Of a DNA stretch of 41,526 nt, positions 36,230 through 41,526 are shown piece by piece. Location of the stretch: positions 3,790,810 through 3,832,335 of the forward strand of contig BFEA01000044.1 in assembly GCA_003427395.1 (NCBI GenBank), read 5' to 3'. Positions within the stretch are counted from its first letter, which is position 1. Every line of letters starts with the position of its first letter. The notes below the pieces were generated by a model, which was not told the origin of the DNA, searched no databases, and was given only the letters and a program-made list of their open reading frames with translations. The position numbers and the translations under genes are program-made. Origin of the DNA: Chara braunii (lineage: Eukaryota > Plantae > Charophyceae).

Positions 36230-37300
36230 CTCTACAAGGCCAAGACACCCACCCCTCCTCTACCACCGACAATTGCAAGCCATCACAAGACGAGGCATGC
36301 TACAACATAACCATCACTTTTCAACACGCTGCAAAAGTAAACAAACTTATTTTCCTAGAAGAGATAAGAGAGACTCTTCATAGGGTGTGGAATGCAAAGT
36401 CACCCAGAAGCGATGCGATGATGACAAAAGAACTTTGCGCCCCTTGGCAAAGATCTCCTTCAAGTCTTCAAGGACAGTAAGGAGAAAGTAGGGTCGGGAA
36501 AACCTATCTCAGCTCAAAAGAAAATGAGAAAGGGGGAAGACTTGAAAATGACAGACCAAACTTTTTTACCAATGGTCCCATACAAGATCCTATTCTAAAA
36601 CACTTGCAAATAAAATACAGAGTCTGATTGACAAATGCCGCCATTGAGACCACGGGCTTCATCCCAGGCTATTATATTTTGATAACATCTGGCCTCGTTC
36701 CACTACTCACCAAATTTACAAAATGAGAATGAAACTTTCGCTGGAACATGGAAAGATACACCGCCATATTTTTTGTCTTTTGGGCATGCATTGACTAGTA
36801 GAGCGAGGCCCATCATGTCGCTCGATGAAGCCTCCAGAAAGATAGGTCATGACAAATGTGAGCCGCAGTAGCCGCTATCTTATTCTTTGCCTTTGAAAAG
36901 GGTTGAACGAGTCCACTGTAATTTTCATCAACACTGTATGGAAAAAACATGGGCAGAAGAAGGGTTCGAAGAGGGGTGAGGATCCTTCACAATGGCGAAA
37001 GAATCAATAACGCATCCCGCACGGTTCAGATCAATGACTCGATGAGATCGCATTGGAGACTTACCCAATCGCATGGTTAGTTCGAGGAGATCCAATATAG
37101 TTGTCTTCCATAAGGACCCCTCAATCAACTGGAGTTTGATGCAAACCCCAACCGTCCACATGATTTTTACGAGCCCACAACTCTTACATTCGTCGATGGT
37201 CTGACAATGCTCATCCATGTCTCAAACTTTTCCTTCCAGGTCGTTGTCAAAATGATGGTGGCCTCAAGTCTTGCATCAGAGAAGAGAGTTAACTCAACCA
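36230..37300 (+). mobile_element. Highly decayed L1-like RT fragment
   Basis: Broken motifs KSP.SD...KE, LENDRP...YKIL, KTLANKIQSLI, TGFIPGY.(F)DNI. Boundaries are approximate. Confidence 0.7.
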
Positions 37301-37428
37301 AGACATAAGGATAGTAACTGGGGGAAAGCACCCCCCCCCACACACACACATCCCAACGCAAATGACCTGGTCTAGAGGAGAAGAGACTTTCCAATATGTT
37401 AAAAAAACTATTAGAAATTGTGGTCAAC

Positions 37429-37483
37429 ATCCCTTGGGACATTTGTTAAAAATGGAACTATACAGAGAATGAAAATTAACATT
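37429..37483 (+). pseudogene. U6: U6 copy, 5' half
   Basis: TCCCTTGGGACATTTGTTAAAAATGGAACTATACAGAGAA[TGAA]AATTAACATT, directly abutting LINE RT sequence. Confidence 0.85.
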
Positions 37484-40222
37484 CAGGACACCATTTTATT
37501 GGTTAACGAGGTCATTAAATTATAAAGGCAATCTAAACACAACACTCCCATTATCTTTGTAGATTTCGAAAAGACATATAACCATGTCAACTGGACTTTT
37601 CTGGATAAATTCCCCGAAAGGATGAATTTTGGCCCAACCTTTAGAAGGTGGGTAGAAATTTTGCATCAAAACGCCACAACGACCATTCAAGTAAATGGTA
37701 GACTGACCTCTGCTATACACCTAGAACGGTCGGTGAGGCAAGGAGACCCTATAGCCCCTTTTCTCTTCGTCATTATTATGGACGCCTTAGCAACAAACTT
37801 AAGGATACACAAGGACCTTCAAAAGATAAGACCCTCTTCTATCCCGGAGGACTCCATCCCGGTTTGCTCTCTTTTTGCAGATGATCTTACCATAATGAAG
37901 TGACAACTTTCTTATGGAGACTGGATCACGAGTGCTCAAGGGTCATCAGTAGAGTTGTTTGGCAGTCGGTTGAACAACCAAAAGCTAGAGGGGGGCTAGA
38001 GATAATCGACCCAACTACTCAAGTGATGGCCTTGGCCCTTCAGTGGGTAAAAGGTCTTCTCTTTTCCACACAAGTGTCATGACAACCTTTGGCCTTGCAG
38101 CAAATTGCAAGGCTAGCGTCACCGACGCCCCCTGAGGTAGAACCGGAGACGTGGCTCGAGGACAAACACTGGACCATACCGCAAATATCAACCCGGACCA
38201 ATGTGGAGGGAGGGTCAAACAGACAAGCGGCCAGGCAGGACTTAAAAAAAGACGATACTAAAGACATGGTGTAAGTTGCCCCTACCCGACAAAGTCCCAC
38301 CAATGCGATGGGAAGAAGTGGCCCGACAACTGCTGTTCGGAAATCGATAGGTAACAGACCCCCAAAGTAGGATCTTCCATAGTAGTGAAAACCCTTGGAA
38401 AGGTTGGGTCACGAATGGTGTCCTTCGAGTCAAGGATATCTGGGACCAGGAAACCAAAGACTGACTGTCAAAGACCAGACTAAGGAAGGAACTGAAATAC
38501 TGCCATAAAATGGGAGAAATGTTGGATACCATTATTTTTGCTATCCCCCTCGATTGGATCCGAATTTTAAAGAAAGGGTCGGTGGTGATAGTGAGAGATT
38601 GGGTGGGGTTCAGGGGTACCGAGGGGCTGGTCGGAAGTGTAGTATACACTAGCCAGGCTGGTAGGGGGGGGAGCAAGAAGTGATTGCCAACCAGTTCATA
38701 ATAAAAAATGACAATACTCTAAAACAGGTACAACTAGAAGAGACAGTATGGCACCTAAGGTCAGGGATATACCGTATCTATGTCCTCAAAGAAAAGGACC
38801 AATGGCGAGCATACAAGCCGAATAAACCAATTCAAGAGTTCCCGCTGGACCCCGATGAGTGGATATGGACTTAGCAATATGGGAGGGGGTGGTCCGAGGT
38901 GAGGCAGCTACAATCTCTCTCAGTTAAATTAGCCTACCGAATCTTGCATCCAAGAGTAAACCTGAAAGAGATGGTGGAGTCATGGTGGATGAAACGTCTA
39001 AACGTGGGAAGAGACACACTGCGACCGGTCAGATGTTTAAAGCGAGTAGGGTCATGCCGACGAAACTAAGTTCACTCCAATGGCAGGTGGAACATAGGTC
39101 CTTGCCCACCAACGACTGGCACCTAAGGTCAGGGATATACCGTATCCATGTCCTCAAAGAAAAGGACCAATGGCGAGCATACAACCCGAATAAACCAATT
39201 CAAGAGNTCCCGCTAGACCCCGATGAGTGGATATGGACTNAGCAATANGGGAGGGGGNGGTCCGNGGTGAGGCNGCTACANTCTCTCTCAGTNAANNNAG
39301 CCTACCGAATNTTGCATCCAAGAGTAAACCTGAAAGAGATGGTGGAGTCACGGTGGATGAAACATCTAAACGTGGGAAGAGACACACTGCAACCGGTCAG
39401 ATGTTTAAAGCGAGTAGGGTCATGCCGACGAAACTAGGTTCACTCCAATGGCAGGTGGAACATAGGTCCTTGCCCACCAACGACTGGCTGGTAGACAGAA
39501 CGAGGCTAGAACAAAAGGGACTGGCACTCCCATGGTGGAAGATATGCACAACATCCTTCCCGGCTCAAAAATGGCCTGAGACCATAGAGCACATGTTTTG
39601 CAGTGCCCGCCGACAATATGGCTATGGAGGTGGTGGAACCGCATATGGAGACAACAACACCTCATAAATGTGGCCATTGGACTGGAGAGCACTCCTCTGT
39701 GATGCATGGGCTCCATAACAAGCTACCCCTTTTGAAGAAAACATGTTTAAAATAGGGCAACATGGAAGGGAGGGGAGAAGTAGGAGGAAGACGTAGAGGA
39801 AGGGAAAAGGGACTACCACCGATGCTTCCAGGATTGGACAAACATCGCCCCCTCCATCCCACTTCTGCCTCTCTCACTCTTTGCTGAATTTTTCCCTCCC
39901 CCTCTCTTAGCTTTGTTTGAGATGGAATGGTACCGGGAGGTGAGTGGCTAAAGTTTTGAATGCAGAGTGAGTGGAGAGTATACTACTCCACCGGACACTA
40001 TACAGGCCTGCTCAGTCAATCCCCTTGGTTGCAGGGCAATCAATGCAGGCAGGCCCCAAGGTCACTGTTCTCACCGTTCTCAGACATTGTCATTTTCTGT
40101 ATAAGGGATGCTGGACCTGTTTTCCAGCAGGTGATGCTCCCCACCAATAGTTGGAGCCTCCCCCGAGGTGCTAGTAATGTCTGCTCTTATTAGCACCACT
40201 AACACTGGTGGGGTGTGTCAAA
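37484..40222 (+). mobile_element. 5'-truncated L1/Tx1 LINE, relative of the 25-34 kb element
   Basis: Starts at IQDTILLVNEV; VRQGDPIAPFLF, FADD, LQWQVEHRSLPTNDWL, ETIEHMF. ~400-bp deletion after FADD relative to the first LINE; 3' UTR homologous to 33650-33830. Confidence 0.93.
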
Positions 40223-40262
40223 TGTGCAAGGATGACACACATAAATCGAGAAATGGACCAAA
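40223..40262 (+). pseudogene. U6: U6 copy, 3' half, followed by A-rich tail
   Basis: TGTGCAAGGATGACACACATAAATCGAGAAATGGACCAAA matches the plant U6 3' half. Confidence 0.9.
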
Positions 40263-40319
40263 GAAACGAGAAAAACAAGGAGAAACCGTGGTGAACAAGG
40301 ATGGGACGTGGCCTCCACC

Positions 40320-40460
40320 AGCGGTCTAGTTCAGTTGATAGAGCACGCAAGTGGCATTCAGGAGGTCACAGGTTCAATTACCCACATTATCCATTTGATT
40401 CCCCACGGCCCCTGGGGCGTGCTTCGGGTTCACCAGCTGAGATGGTTGGCTTGCCCCCGC
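40320..40460 (+). mobile_element. tRNA-derived SINE copy (tRNA-Ala-like head)
   Basis: TAGTTCAGTTGATAGAGCAC...TGGCATTCAGGAGGTCACAGGTTCAATTACC, with a body homologous to 20885-20946. Confidence 0.78.
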
Positions 40461-41463
40461 CCCCTCTTCTGGTTGGTCTTGGTAGGGGCTTTGCCTTTGT
40501 CCTTTCCATCCAGTGCTAGGGGTTACGCTCAACCCTGAGGGGATAGGCTCAGTCCATGCTAGTAGATTCACACCTCCCCTAGTGAGCTTGGGTGAGCTTG
40601 GGTGGGTAGGTAGGTAGTGTGAGGTATATTGAGAGAAGGCGGCGGCGCTGCTGGCGCGAGCGAATGTCGTGTGCGCTGCTGCCGAAAGCACGACGCTAGC
40701 ACCACGCGAGGGCAGGCGCTGCGCTGGCGCGGGGCGACTGGCACATGCGCAAGTGCGAGCGCTGAGCTTCTGTGAGCACTGTTGAGTGAGATGGTGTGAG
40801 GCGGATATGGTGGTTGTCTTCCTACATTCCAACGCTTAGCATACGCGTGGGGACCAGAGGTGCTTGATCATGCCACGTCACAGGCAGACATAGCAGATGA
40901 TCTGGCTTATGGGATTTCCACTCCATTGCCGCAGCTGCGTTCTTGCACGTGGCATAGAGCCTTGACGGTGTTGGCTACGTCGACGCCGGTGGAGTAGGGT
41001 GGAGTCAGAGTGCAAGGGTCATCATATGGTTGGAGTGTGTGGAGGGAGATCATCAGGGAGCTATTCGTCAACATCATTTGCAGGTTATCATCATCTCAGT
41101 ATTGCTGTTGGGTGGTTATTATCTTCATCGGCATTTTTGTTCCCTATGATGCCATCAGCATCACTGGTCAATGGGTTCGTCATCATCTTCATCATGCTGT
41201 TGTGCCCTCAATAGCACAATGGCGATAAAAAATTAAAAGAATTAAAAAACAAGTGGACCCGCCGCAGCGAAGGACGGATGGCAAAAACATATTGTGAAAC
41301 ACCCCAGCCATCAGTTGGACCCCATCTTTGCAATGTAACCCTCGTGGACGCTGCCCAACTTTGTAAAATGGGCCCGTACGTGCAGTTGCAAAAGGCAAAG
41401 AAAATTTGCACACGCACCTGACAGGGGCATAACATAAACATGTCAGTCCAAAAGACCATTCCA

Positions 41464-41466
<3 letters not shown>

Positions 41467-41526
<60 letters not shown>
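41467..41526. repeat. (CT)n microsatellite at window end
   Basis: Directly visible. Another (CT)n tract lies at 17507-17573. Confidence 0.97.

Noticed and set aside
38749-39488. 368-bp tandem duplication inside the second LINE
   Set aside because: The second copy is peppered with single Ns, suggesting consensus/gap-fill between paralogs; not treated as biological without reads.

Overview
Repeat-rich eukaryotic draft-assembly window, probably from the green-plant lineage (plant-type U2 and U6 sequences; an algal-type bestrophin gene). It has N gaps, microsatellites and a leftover Nextera mate-pair adapter. The only host gene I can support is a + strand multi-exon bestrophin-like (RFP-TM/UPF0187-type) channel gene. 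It has 3 good exons and 1 probable exon between 2606 and 8030, and its expected next exon is not visible in the remaining 33 kb. The rest is mostly decayed mobile DNA: a near full-length but inactivated L1/Tx1-clade LINE (~25.2-33.9 kb), a 5'-truncated relative (37.5-40.2 kb), further LINE relics, two MITE families, a tRNA-headed SINE family and tandem repeats. The most notable signal is a cluster of spliceosomal-snRNA sequence tied to these LINEs. One U6 copy is split in two by the truncated LINE. Two U6 copies share private mutations, including a 4-nt insertion next to the ACAGAGA box, suggesting a U6-derived retroposon subfamily. A perfect U2 5' fragment ends in a LINE-like 12-mer plus poly(A), and both LINE 3' UTRs carry a U2-like 13-14-mer. 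All alignments were done by eye; no database searches were run.
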